Shown: positions 18,983 through 27,642, counted from the stretch's first letter. The stretch is DNA of 57,574 nt from a virus (IMGVR_UViG_3300017788_000029:1-57574); one strand, 5' to 3'. Program-made: numbers and translations. The notes: generated from the sequence alone by a model not told the origin.

Positions 18983-19387
18983 TCAGCCGACCTTCGCGTT
19001 GATCCCGCCGCCCATCCCTTGATACTCCATCTGGGAGTAGGGGTTCGGGAACACGCCCAGGTCGTCCGAGAGGCGCTTGATCCAGAACTGCAACTCGCCT
19101 CGGAGTTGCGTCGTCTCCTGGGCGTTGAGCTTCATCTCGCCGATCGCAGTCGCCCGCATCCGGCTCCTCGCGTCGCTCAGCTGGCGCTCGATCGCCTCGC
19201 ACTCGCACAGGTCGCGACGCACGCTGTTCTCGCCGGCTGGAGAGAGCCGGTCGAACGAGTCGCGGACGAGGAAGAGGGGCTGCGTACTCGCGGGGTAGCC
19301 CAACTGGATCGACGACGCGAGCGACTGCCAGTCGGGGAAGCCGAGAAAGTGAAGCACGCGCGTTTTCTCGTCGTCGGTGAAGGCCAT
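18983..19387 (-). CDS. Head-tail adaptor protein
   Basis: Helical, 134 aa (MAFTDDEKTRVLHFLGFP...); first neck gene after the capsid cluster. Confidence 0.6.
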   Translation of the reverse strand: MAFTDDEKTRVLHFLGFPDWQSLASSIQLGYPASTQPLFLVRDSFDRLSPAGENSVRRDLCECEAIERQLSDARSRMRATAIGEMKLNAQETTQLRGELQFWIKRLSDDLGVFPNPYSQMEYQGMGGGINAKVG

Positions 19388-19402
19388 CGCCGGAGGATAG
19401 CC

Positions 19403-19597
19403 TCAACGACCGCCGCCCGCGAGACGGTCGAGAGCCACCCGACCGCCGAACGCCGGCATCCCTGCCAGACGCCCAAGCGTCGAACGACCCTCAGACTCTC
19501 GCGGAGGTGTCGGTGTCTCCGGGGGTATGTCACCGCCTCCATCTCCTCCTGGCGGAGAAGCGAAGCGGCCGAGATCATCCCGGAAGTACTCCCGCAC
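19403..19597 (-). CDS. Small disordered protein with an N-terminal RDxxGRF motif
   Basis: 64 aa, MREYFRDDLGRFASPPGG...; fills the gap in the head operon; GAGG SD. Confidence 0.55.
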   Translation of the reverse strand: MREYFRDDLGRFASPPGGDGGGDIPPETPTPPRESEGRSTLGRLAGMPAFGGRVALDRLAGGGR

Positions 19598-19603
19598 GCT
19601 GCC

Positions 19604-19789
19604 TCAGCGACGAAGGCCGGCGAGCCTCTTCGACGCTCCGGCCTTGAGCACCGGAGCCTTCTTCTCGTCGCTCACGCCGTCGGTGGGGAGCGCGGGGAGC
19701 GAGCCGTTCGACGGTGCCGCGGTCATCCCGGCGAGCTTGCGCGGGGGAGCCTTCTTCGCGCCGAACTTCTTGAAGTCGGAGCCCTTCAC
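19604..19789 (-). CDS. Small basic protein, hypothetical
   Basis: 61 aa Lys-rich (VKGSDFKKFGAKKAPPRK...); GTGA overlap with the upstream gene and GGAG SD. Confidence 0.55.
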   Translation of the reverse strand: MKGSDFKKFGAKKAPPRKLAGMTAAPSNGSLPALPTDGVSDEKKAPVLKAGASKRLAGLRR

Positions 19790-20583
19790 GACACGACTCC
19801 GAGCGCGCGGAGGAGCGGATCGGAGTGCTCCTGGATCTCGAAGTCGTGCGAGGGGCTCACCTGGAACCCGCTCGCCGCCGCAGAGGGATGAGCGACCGGA
19901 GCGCCGCATCGGCGGAGCGGAACGCCCTGCGCCTCGACGTCGGAGATCGAGTGCGTGAGCGAGGAGATGATCGAGCCGGCCGCGAGCGAGGTGATCGAGC
20001 CGGCGACGATGAAGCGCGACGTCGCCGTGACCTCGAAGTACTCCACCGGCTTCGGCTTCGGCCCGTCGAGCCGACGAGCGAGCGCCGTCATCCGACGCGC
20101 GTGCTCCTCGATCTCCAGTCGGATCATGCGCGGAGAGCCGAGCCTGTCCGCCGTCTTGCGGATCGTCGTCACGAGCGTGTCGATGACCTTCGCCGCGTCC
20201 GAGTCGCTGAGACTCGGAGGCGGAGGCTTGCCGCACACGGACTCCGCCGCGCTCCGGACCTCCATCACGAACTGCTCCGAGGTCTCGAAGACGGAGAACG
20301 CGCGCTCGATCTCCGAGACCATGAGATCGAACTGCGACATCGGCTCGTTCGATTCGAGCACCGGAGGCAGGCTCGCCTCGTCGAGCACGGGAGGCTCGAA
20401 CGCCGGAGAGGCCGGAGGCGCATCGTCGACGCTCGGCGGAGCCGCCTCGGCGACCAGCGGAGCCTCGGGCGCAGTCGCGACCGGCGGAGCGGTCTCGGGC
20501 GGAGCCGATGCCTCGGGAGCCGACGTCGGCTGCTCGGGAGCGGGAGCGGGAGCGGGTGCCGTCTTGGTGCTTGCCTTCGCCAT
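19786..20583 (-). CDS. Hypothetical head-associated protein with Pro/Ala-rich N-terminus
   Basis: Start reassigned to ATG at 20583 (MAKASTKTAPAP...), preceded by a TGcTACCGT -10-like element; directly after the capsid gene. Confidence 0.65.
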   Translation of the reverse strand: MAKASTKTAPAPAPAPEQPTSAPEASAPPETAPPVATAPEAPLVAEAAPPSVDDAPPASPAFEPPVLDEASLPPVLESNEPMSQFDLMVSEIERAFSVFETSEQFVMEVRSAAESVCGKPPPPSLSDSDAAKVIDTLVTTIRKTADRLGSPRMIRLEIEEHARRMTALARRLDGPKPKPVEYFEVTATSRFIVAGSITSLAAGSIISSLTHSISDVEAQGVPLRRCGAPVAHPSAAASGFQVSPSHDFEIQEHSDPLLRALGVVS

Positions 20584-20612
20584 AGGTCCGGACGGTAGCA
20601 CGAGAGCGGACG

Positions 20613-20646
20613 GAAAGACGAAGGGCCCGTGCCGAAGCACGAGCCC
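20613..20646 (-). terminator. Intrinsic terminator after the major capsid gene
   Basis: GGGCTCGTGC-TTCG-GCACGGGCCC stem with a UUCG loop, followed by TTCGTCTTTC. Confidence 0.75.
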
Positions 20647-20727
20647 ATCGCTGGAGACCATCTGTCGGTCGCGGGGACCTCTCGCGGCCTCTCTCGGCTG
20701 CCGACCCGATCGCGGTCGGCGAACTCG

Positions 20728-22116
20728 TCAGCCGTGCTCGATGACCGCCGCACGCTTGTAGCGCGCCGCGCCGCCCGAGAGCCCGTCCGAGGGCACCGGG
20801 AAGTCGCCGCTCCAGGTCCACGTCTGCGAGACGACCTGCTGCGCGCGGTCGAGCGGAGCGCGGACGATGAAGCGGATCCGCTCGGTCATCACGGCGACGC
20901 CGTTGTTCGTGATGTTGAACTCGCCGATCTTGCCGGTCGCGCCCGCCTCCGAAAGGAACTTCCCCTCGTCCAGGTACTTCTCGTAGATCGCGCCGCCGCC
21001 GATGACCAGCGCGCGCTTGATCGGCACGCCGGCCTGGTTGATGACCTCTCCGCCGATCTCGCTCGCCTCGCGAGCGGAGCCGCCGCCACCCGAGGTGTCG
21101 ACGAGCGCGCCGGAGTTGTCCTGGTTCGGGTTCTCCGTGTTCCGGTAGAACCGGCAGCCGACCAGCTGGCCGATCGCGAGGTCGCGGTAGGCCGCCGAGT
21201 CGGGGAGCGACTGGTGGAGGCGCTGGAACGCGTTGTCCGCGAACAGCTGGGCCTCGCCCTCGGGCGTGACGTGGATGTGGTAGAAGCCGTCCGGCGTCGG
21301 GGGGATCAGCTGCGCGCGCATCCGCGCCACGGTGTCGATGATGGTCTGGAGCGTCAGGACGCTCGCGCCCGTGAGGGCGTCGACCGTCGCGCCGCCGCCG
21401 ACGCGCGTGATGAGCGATCGCGTGCTCGCGAGGATCGCCGAGCGCACCGGGATGGGGTTCACGGTCGGAGCGCCGAGCGTGATGATGCCCGGCCCGGCCG
21501 GATCCGCGGTGAGGGGAGTCGCGTCGACCACCGTGTTCGCCGGCTCGCCGCCGACACCGATCGTGATCGGGAGCGCGTTCGTCGAGGAGACCGGAGAGGG
21601 GCGGCCGTTGAGGAGACGCTCGCGGAACCCGTTCAGGCTCGCGACCGTCAGCTGGAGCGCGCCCGCGAGAGCCGCTGCCGCCGTGACGGTGTTGCCGCCG
21701 AGGTAGGAGAGGTAGAGCGCGTTCCGCACGAGGCGGTTCAGGGTCTCGCCCGCGTTGAGGCCCAGCTGGACCGTGTTCCGCTGGAAGAGGGGAGCGAGCG
21801 CGACGTACGACGACGGCATGTGCGTGTCGATCGTGTCGCCGTGCTGGCGGGCCTCCGCCTCCCACTGCTCGATCGCGTAGCTGCTCGGCGTCGGGTCGGA
21901 GCCCGGCGTGAGGGGCGTCGTCCGCACGGGGATGCGGCCCGTCCGGGTGAAGATCATCCGCTCGCCGAGGTTGCTCGCCCAGAACTCGGGGATCGCCTCC
22001 GAGCGGAAGAGGAGCCTCGGGAAGAGCGAGTCGTGGAAGACGCGCTCCAGCGTGCGGTCCTGGATGATCGCGGTGATCTCCGCGGGGATGCCGAGAGCAG
22101 CGAGAGAAACGGCCAT
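20728..22116 (-). CDS. Major capsid protein (HK97 fold, N4-gp56/P22-like, with an insertion domain)
   Basis: 462 aa; GERMIFTRTG, QHGDTIDT, YHIHVTPEGEAQLFAD, IGQLVGCRFYR and C-terminal YKRAAVIEH; GGAGG SD; downstream terminator. Confidence 0.88.
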   Translation of the reverse strand: MAVSLAALGIPAEITAIIQDRTLERVFHDSLFPRLLFRSEAIPEFWASNLGERMIFTRTGRIPVRTTPLTPGSDPTPSSYAIEQWEAEARQHGDTIDTHMPSSYVALAPLFQRNTVQLGLNAGETLNRLVRNALYLSYLGGNTVTAAAALAGALQLTVASLNGFRERLLNGRPSPVSSTNALPITIGVGGEPANTVVDATPLTADPAGPGIITLGAPTVNPIPVRSAILASTRSLITRVGGGATVDALTGASVLTLQTIIDTVARMRAQLIPPTPDGFYHIHVTPEGEAQLFADNAFQRLHQSLPDSAAYRDLAIGQLVGCRFYRNTENPNQDNSGALVDTSGGGGSAREASEIGGEVINQAGVPIKRALVIGGGAIYEKYLDEGKFLSEAGATGKIGEFNITNNGVAVMTERIRFIVRAPLDRAQQVVSQTWTWSGDFPVPSDGLSGGAARYKRAAVIEHG

Positions 22117-22251
22117 GGTGTGTGCCTCCGAATCGGGGAAGGGATCTGTCGTCCCGACGGGCACCCCTGGACCGACCGTTGACCGCCGTCGTGCGCGTGG
22201 AGGGGGCCAGGCCGCCCTCGGCCTGGATGGGAACTGATTCCGACGATCCTA
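22117..22251 (-). promoter_or_regulatory. Capsid promoter (-10 TAGGAT) and structured 5' leader
   Basis: TAGGAT at 22251-22246; perfect hairpin CCAGGCCG-AGGG-CGGCCTGG; pseudoknot-like CGC-GCA-CGAC-G-GCG-GTCAACG-GTCG. Confidence 0.55.
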
Positions 22252-22283
22252 CCGACGGTCAGGCCTTCGCGCAACGGTCGAAG

Positions 22284-22457
22284 TCAGCGAGCGTCGCTCG
22301 GCGTCGAGGAGCCGACGGGCGGAGAGGCCGAACGCGCAACCCTCGGGACGACCTTCTTGCACGACCGGCACACCAGGGGCGCGTAGGTCGAGGTCCACGG
22401 ACCCTTCGCCGCGACCAGCGCCGCGGAGCACTTCGGGCATTTCGTTGGAGCAGACAT
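22284..22457 (-). CDS. 57-aa zinc-ribbon protein (not in the ORF track)
   Basis: MSAPTKCPKCSAALVAAKGPWTSTYAPLVCRSCKKVV...; two CxxC pairs; GAGGTGA SD overlapping the upstream stop. Confidence 0.65.
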   Translation of the reverse strand: MSAPTKCPKCSAALVAAKGPWTSTYAPLVCRSCKKVVPRVARSASPPVGSSTPSDAR

Positions 22458-22466
22458 CGGATCACC

Positions 22467-23954
22467 TCACGAGACGACGTAGGAGAAGTCGACCGACATC
22501 GTGAACGCCGTCGGTGCGTTCGCGAAGGCGAGCGAGAAGTAGAGGCGAGCGAGACCGCCGGCCGCACGGATCGGCCCGGTCGCGGTCATCACATCCGTGT
22601 TCCCGTTCGGGAGAGTCGAGCCGGAGCACTGGCCTACGAGCCCGACCGCCGACGCGGTGGCCACCGGCAGGTCGATGTCGATCTGGTTGTCTCCAGAGAG
22701 GAGCGGAGGCGTGACGGTCAGGATGCCGGTCACGCGCACGAGGTCGCCGATCCTCGTCCACGAGAACGTCCCCACGGCCACGGCCGCGAGGAGCGCAGGA
22801 GTGATCGGCGTGACGATCGGCGCGTAGGTATTCTGCTCGCTCGGAGCGCGCGCCGCGAGCGCGACTTTCAGAACATCGATCGCTCCCTGCGCGTTCGTCG
22901 CTCCGAGCGGAGGCGAGATCACCGCGTCGTCGTACGCAGCCCACTTCGCGAGAGTCCACGAGAGCGGCGTTATGTTTCCTCCGCCGGTGAACTGAGGACA
23001 CCACACCGCGAGGTTGTCGGTGTCCGGGTGCGCGCCGTCGTCGTAGAAGTTCAGTAGGTCCGAGCCCGGTCCTCCGCCCGCGAGCCAGCCGGTGGGGAGC
23101 CCGCCGTTCCCCCACTGCACGCTCACGGCGTCGTCGGTCGCTCCAAGCTCGACGAGCGGGCCCGAGAGCGGAGGCGAGAGCGCGCTGTTCTGCATCGCCC
23201 CCGCCGTCACCATCACGCACGAGCGGTCGGTGTCGTCGCCCCGCATGTACGCGCCCGTGTCGGTCGAGTGGTCCACGAACGAGCCGCCACCGATGACGTG
23301 GATCCACGGAGCGTCGGGAGGGAGCGCCGTGAACTCCAGCACGCCCGTGCCGGGAGGAGGGGCGATCTTGATGACGACGGTCTCCTGCCCGAGCGTCTCT
23401 CCGCCAAACGAGAAGAGGTTGTCGAGCTTCACACCCGGCGGACAGTCGAGAACGACCGCCCCGGTCGCGCCGAAGAAGCTCGCCACGGAGCCTCCGCGGA
23501 AGTCCCAGCCAGTCGCGGGCATACCTGCGACGGGCACGACGAACGGCGTGCCCTGGTACGCGAGGCGCACGACGGGAGCCGCGCCGAACTGGATCGTGGC
23601 GAGCTTCGCCATAAGGTCGATCCAGCCCTGCGTGCCGACGTAGCGCCCCTGCGCTTCATCCTGCGTGCCGAAGTCGGCGTGGATGAACTCGCCGACGCCG
23701 AGACCTCCGCCGCTCCCTCCGCCGCCGAACACCCCGGCAGCGGCCATCATCGCTACAAGCGATGCGTTCGCGTTCGAGAGCGCCTGGATCCGGTACGCAT
23801 CACGAGCAACGCGTGCGGTCGACGACGTGGCGATGACCGCGAGCCCTCCGCGCACCAACTCGGCGAGGGGGACCTGGGAGGCATCGACGTCCTCGCCGGC
23901 TCGGAACGAACGGGTGCTGTCGGCGTAGTCGGCGAGGACGATGTGCGTGCTCAT
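22467..23954 (-). CDS. Fibre-like structural protein (candidate head fibre)
   Basis: Gly linker, ATNAQGAIDVL trimer motif and C-terminal GTFSWTRIGDLVRV knob-like domain; lies between the scaffold and capsid genes. Confidence 0.55.
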   Translation of the reverse strand: MSTHIVLADYADSTRSFRAGEDVDASQVPLAELVRGGLAVIATSSTARVARDAYRIQALSNANASLVAMMAAAGVFGGGGSGGGLGVGEFIHADFGTQDEAQGRYVGTQGWIDLMAKLATIQFGAAPVVRLAYQGTPFVVPVAGMPATGWDFRGGSVASFFGATGAVVLDCPPGVKLDNLFSFGGETLGQETVVIKIAPPPGTGVLEFTALPPDAPWIHVIGGGSFVDHSTDTGAYMRGDDTDRSCVMVTAGAMQNSALSPPLSGPLVELGATDDAVSVQWGNGGLPTGWLAGGGPGSDLLNFYDDGAHPDTDNLAVWCPQFTGGGNITPLSWTLAKWAAYDDAVISPPLGATNAQGAIDVLKVALAARAPSEQNTYAPIVTPITPALLAAVAVGTFSWTRIGDLVRVTGILTVTPPLLSGDNQIDIDLPVATASAVGLVGQCSGSTLPNGNTDVMTATGPIRAAGGLARLYFSLAFANAPTAFTMSVDFSYVVS

Positions 23955-23985
23955 CGCGCGAGGATAACGCGCGCCAGAGGCGTCG

Positions 23986-24660
23986 TCACCCGATGCCGTT
24001 CCGAGCCTTGTACGCCGCCCACTCCGCCGGGCTCATGTCGAACGCCGTCTTGGCTGGAGCAGGAGCGCCTGCGCCGGGCGGGAGCGGAGGCGTGCCCGCT
24101 GCGGGCGTGCTCGTCGCCGGCCGCTGTCCGGGAGGCGCAGGAGGTGCGGGAGGAGCCGCGATGCCGAGAGCGGCTGCCTGCGTCGGGTCTTTGGCCAGGT
24201 CGCGAAGGAACGCGCGCTCGTCCAGGGTCTCGTCCTCGGGGATCGATTCGAGCTTCCGCGTCACGGCGAAGAACCCGTAGTCGAAATTCTTGACCCCCTC
24301 TTCCGCGAACACCCGATGGAGGTGCGCGCGAAGCTCGGCCTCCTCGGCTCGCGACATCGCCGCCTTGGCGTCGGCGTTCGCCTTGGCCTGGTCGGCGCGG
24401 AGGCGCTCGATCTCGCTCATCTGAGCGCGCTTCGCGTCCTCGTTCGCCTTCTCCATCGCCGCCAGCTGGTCGAGCCGCGTCTTGGCCGCATCGGGGTCGT
24501 CGATCCCGAGGTCTTTCAGCCGCTTCCGGGTCTCGCGCTCCAGCCGCTTGTTGAACGAATCGGCGTCCGGGAACACGGCGAAGGGCTCCGCGGGTGGAGC
24601 CGGGGGGGTTGCCGGGGGGACCACGGGGGTGCCTCCGGCGCTTGCCTTCTCGTCTGACAT
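23986..24660 (-). CDS. Capsid scaffolding protein
   Basis: Pro-rich ends, coiled coil (KRAQMSEIERL), C-terminal DMSPAEWAAYKARNG helix typical of scaffolds. Confidence 0.85.
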   Translation of the reverse strand: MSDEKASAGGTPVVPPATPPAPPAEPFAVFPDADSFNKRLERETRKRLKDLGIDDPDAAKTRLDQLAAMEKANEDAKRAQMSEIERLRADQAKANADAKAAMSRAEEAELRAHLHRVFAEEGVKNFDYGFFAVTRKLESIPEDETLDERAFLRDLAKDPTQAAALGIAAPPAPPAPPGQRPATSTPAAGTPPLPPGAGAPAPAKTAFDMSPAEWAAYKARNGIG

Positions 24661-24786
24661 CGGTCCTCTCCTGCCGGGCGCTTACCGGGGCCCGTCTCCG
24701 TGGTGGAGGGGAGGAGGTCGACGCCCGGAGTGGGGGGTTCTCCGGGCGTCGTGCGGTGCCTCCTCGGGCACCGAGGGACGAGGATG
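24661..24786 (-). promoter_or_regulatory. Structured 5' leader of the scaffold gene
   Basis: CATCCT -10-like element; 11-bp hairpin GACGCCCGGAG/CTCCGGGCGTC; pseudoknot-like CGG-AGA-CGGGC-C-CCG-GTAAGC-GCCCG next to the AGGAGAGG SD. Confidence 0.5.
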
Positions 24787-24806
24787 TGGCTCGTCCCTCG
24801 AAGGAC

Positions 24807-25454
24807 TCAGAAGCCGACCGTCGCGCGGAGCGACGAGGCGATCGAGGCCGCCGGGCCCACGCCCACGCCGGGGACCGCTCGGTAGCGGATGGTCGCGCGT
24901 CCGGCCACGACGTCGGCCGCGTTGAACGAGACGCCGGTGCCCGCAGCGGTGAGAGCAGCCGAGCCGGCCGCCGGAGCGGAGCCGCGCGCCGCCGGAGTCT
25001 TGGCACCGGGGATGAGCCCGGTCACGACCTCGACCGAGAGGATCTGGAGCGCGCGCCGCGACTGCGGAAGGGTCGCCGCCGAGGCCGCGACGTCCACGGT
25101 GTCTTCGAACACCTCGCCCTCGGCCGGGGCGTAGATGACCTCCGCGCTCGTCACGGCGTCGGCCGCCGCGAACGCGACATCACCCGAGGCCGTGATCGCG
25201 CACTGACCCGCCGCGGGCGTCGTCTCGGGAGCGACGACCGTCTTGTAGCCCGGAGCGCCTCCCGTGCGCGCGTAGGCGCGGAGCACCTGGCCGGCCTTCT
25301 GCTCCTCGGGGAGCACGAGGACGTTCGACGCCACGGCATCGGCCGCGAGGAGCGAGAGGAGCGAGAGCGCGTTCCCCATCGGGAGCAGCTGGCTCGCCGT
25401 CGGGAGCTTGTTCGGGTTCGACTCGTTGAGCGCAGCGCGGAGGTTTCGGGTCAT
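24807..25454 (-). CDS. Head decoration-like structural protein
   Basis: Start reassigned to MTRNLRAALNESNPNKL; Ala-rich beta protein with an internal two-fold repeat (TPAAGQCAITASG / APAAGSAALTAAG). Confidence 0.55.
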   Translation of the reverse strand: MTRNLRAALNESNPNKLPTASQLLPMGNALSLLSLLAADAVASNVLVLPEEQKAGQVLRAYARTGGAPGYKTVVAPETTPAAGQCAITASGDVAFAAADAVTSAEVIYAPAEGEVFEDTVDVAASAATLPQSRRALQILSVEVVTGLIPGAKTPAARGSAPAAGSAALTAAGTGVSFNAADVVAGRATIRYRAVPGVGVGPAASIASSLRATVGF

Positions 25455-25489
25455 GGGTGCTCGTCTCCAGGAGGGTTGCGGGTTCGAGA

Positions 25490-26224
25490 CTACGCCGAGG
25501 TGCGACCCGCGGCAACGATGGAGAGGGAAGCCTGGCCGCTGACCTGCACCCGGCTCACGGAGTCGGGGTAGGAGCGGAACTCGGCCAGGAAGGAGCCGTT
25601 GATCTCGACGTCCTGGCCGGAGCCGACCGCCGACGCGCCCGCGAGCCCGAGCGTCGCCGCGCCCGTGCCGCCCGTCACCGAGACCGTGCTCTGCGGTCCG
25701 GTGAGGAGCCCGTCGATCGCGATCTGCGTGCCCGAGACCGAGGCGCGAGGAGTCGGGAGACCCGCGAGCGCGCACGCCGCGTTGATCCGAGCGACGACCT
25801 GCGCCGCAGTCTGGTCTCCGGCGAGGAACGTCACCGAGACCGGAACGAGCCCGACGAGGAAGGTGAGCGTCTCGCCGCCCACGAAGCCGGTCGGGAAGGT
25901 GCCGCCCGAGCCGACGACGCGGGCTGCCGCCGCGTCGAGGCGGAGTGCGATCGGGGCGTCGGACTTGACGTAGAGGAACTCGACGCCGATGAGGTCCGCG
26001 AGGAGGTCGAGATCCACGAACTCCGCGCCGAGCACGCCGACGGTCTGGACCCGGATCGGAGCGCCCGTGGCGACGACCGACTGGTAGTAGGCGCTCCCCG
26101 GACATCGGAGCCCGAGCGCGCGAACGGTCCGGTCGGTGCCGCCGCCCGCGCAGCCGCCGCCGCCGCCGCAGCCGCCGCAGTCGCTGCCCACGTCGAGCGA
26201 GCCTCTCAGGAGTAGCGAGCCCAT
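25490..26224 (-). CDS. Structural protein sharing a domain with the tail sheath insertion
   Basis: TGFVGGETLTF...VTFLAGDQTAAQVVARINAA matches sheath SGYVGGEQITV...VTFAAADQTPAQVAARINLA. Confidence 0.65.
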   Translation of the reverse strand: MGSLLLRGSLDVGSDCGGCGGGGGCAGGGTDRTVRALGLRCPGSAYYQSVVATGAPIRVQTVGVLGAEFVDLDLLADLIGVEFLYVKSDAPIALRLDAAAARVVGSGGTFPTGFVGGETLTFLVGLVPVSVTFLAGDQTAAQVVARINAACALAGLPTPRASVSGTQIAIDGLLTGPQSTVSVTGGTGAATLGLAGASAVGSGQDVEINGSFLAEFRSYPDSVSRVQVSGQASLSIVAAGRTSA

Positions 26225-26268
26225 GCGTTGACCTCGGATTCAGGGGATGGACGGGAGGAGGTCGCCGC

Positions 26269-26553
26269 TCAGCGGCGGTGGCCGCTCGGCGGGAGGCCGC
26301 AGCCGTCGCACGAACCCGGAGCCGGGAGCGGGGCCTGGCCGCCCGAGGCCGAGTAGCCGTCGAGAGACATCGGCGGACCTCCGTGGACCGAGACCACCGG
26401 AAGCTCGCTGTCCGAGGGGACGAGGCCGGCCGGAGCCGCTCCCTGCGTCACGCCCGAGAACGGAGCGAGGTCCCCCACGGGGCCCTGCGCCGCGCTTGCC
26501 ACCCCTGCCTGTGCCCGCATGGGCAGACCGTTCGCCGAGTAGTCGTTCGCCAT
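26269..26553 (-). CDS. Small hypothetical protein
   Basis: MANDYSANGLPM...; TGcCATCCT lies 6 nt before the ATG. Confidence 0.5.
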   Translation of the reverse strand: MANDYSANGLPMRAQAGVASAAQGPVGDLAPFSGVTQGAAPAGLVPSDSELPVVSVHGGPPMSLDGYSASGGQAPLPAPGSCDGCGLPPSGHRR

Positions 26554-26578
26554 GCCGCGAGGATGGCACGGGCGAAGC

Positions 26579-26622
26579 CGAAATGCGAGAGGGCGTCTCG
26601 ACCCGGAGATCGAGACGCCCTC
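26579..26622 (-). terminator. Strong hairpin, probable terminator
   Basis: 13-bp stem GAGGGCGTCTCGA/TCGAGACGCCCTC followed by TCGCATTT. Confidence 0.6.
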
Positions 26623-26643
26623 GGCGACCACTCCCGGTCTCGA

Positions 26644-26850
26644 TCAGCGGCGAGACGAGAGGTTCTTCCACGGCACGGGGTTGCCGGGCGTCGGCTGGAC
26701 CGGGAGCCCATCCGGCTGGTCGGGGAGGTCTCCCGACATCCGACGCTCCTGCTCGAAATGCGCGGCCCGCTGGTCTCCGAACCGCTCGACCTCGGGCAGC
26801 GGAGTCTCGAACGGTCCGTTGAAGAACGTGGGGTTCACGGGCTTGGCCAT
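26644..26850 (-). CDS. Small hypothetical protein
   Basis: 68 aa; TAGGCT lies 6 nt before the ATG. Confidence 0.6.
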   Translation of the reverse strand: MAKPVNPTFFNGPFETPLPEVERFGDQRAAHFEQERRMSGDLPDQPDGLPVQPTPGNPVPWKNLSSRR

Positions 26851-26899
26851 GCGAGAAGCCTACGCGGACGCCGCGTCGTTGTCGATCGCGTCGGGCGTC

Positions 26900-27322
26900 T
26901 CATTCGAGCACCCATCGGTCCGCCCACGACTCCGCGTAGGCCCGCTCCTCGGCCTTCTTCGCCGAGGTCTCGAAGCGGAGGAGCCGGTGTCGCTCCTCTC
27001 GCAGCCAACGCGCCTCGACCTCCGCGATCGTGGCGCGCTTGCGCTCGTAGTAGAGCGACGAGATGAGCGTGGGCATCCGGAGCGCGTCGGCCTCCTGTAG
27101 CTCCATCGCTCCCTCGCCGACGACGATCCGGATCTCGTTCGGGTCCCTCGTCGGACAGTACGCGCCGATCCGGATCCGGTAGGTCAGGCCCGGCACGATG
27201 CGCTCGCCGTTCTGCCTCTCGGGGTCGAGCCCGAACAACGGAGGTCGAGCCGAGAAGAACTGGACCGTCTCGCCGCGCGAGAAGGGCGGGAGCGCCTCGA
27301 CCGTGAGCTTCACCGAGGCCAC
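26900..27322 (-). CDS. Hypothetical protein
   Basis: Protein-like composition; coupled to the upstream gene. Confidence 0.55.
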   Translation of the reverse strand: MASVKLTVEALPPFSRGETVQFFSARPPLFGLDPERQNGERIVPGLTYRIRIGAYCPTRDPNEIRIVVGEGAMELQEADALRMPTLISSLYYERKRATIAEVEARWLREERHRLLRFETSAKKAEERAYAESWADRWVLE

Positions 27323-27642
27323 TGCGCGCTCCCCTTGATCTGCGCGCGCGCGTTCGCGTCGAGCGCGAACACGAGCCCGACGCGACGGAGGAGCGCCGAG
27401 ACGGCGACGCCCTCCTTCTGCGCCGCCGACTCGATCGCCGCGCGCTCCGAGGTCGCGAGCCGGACGCCGTGTCGGCGACCTCCCACCACGGCGTTGATCA
27501 CGCCCGATCCCTCTCCGCGCTTCGGTCGACCTCGGCCGCGCTTCGCCGGCTCGGGGTAGGGCGGCATCGTCGCCGACGTGTCTCCCTCGAAGAACCGCTC
27601 TCGCGGGTCAAGCGCCTTCACCTTCGCCTTCGCCTTCGCCAT
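27310..27642 (-). CDS. DNA-binding protein (AT-hook plus RHH/MobA-like)
   Basis: KRGRGRPKRG AT-hook followed by GVRLATSERAAIESAAQKEGVAVSALLRR. Confidence 0.65.
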   Translation of the reverse strand: MAKAKAKVKALDPRERFFEGDTSATMPPYPEPAKRGRGRPKRGEGSGVINAVVGGRRHGVRLATSERAAIESAAQKEGVAVSALLRRVGLVFALDANARAQIKGSAQWPR

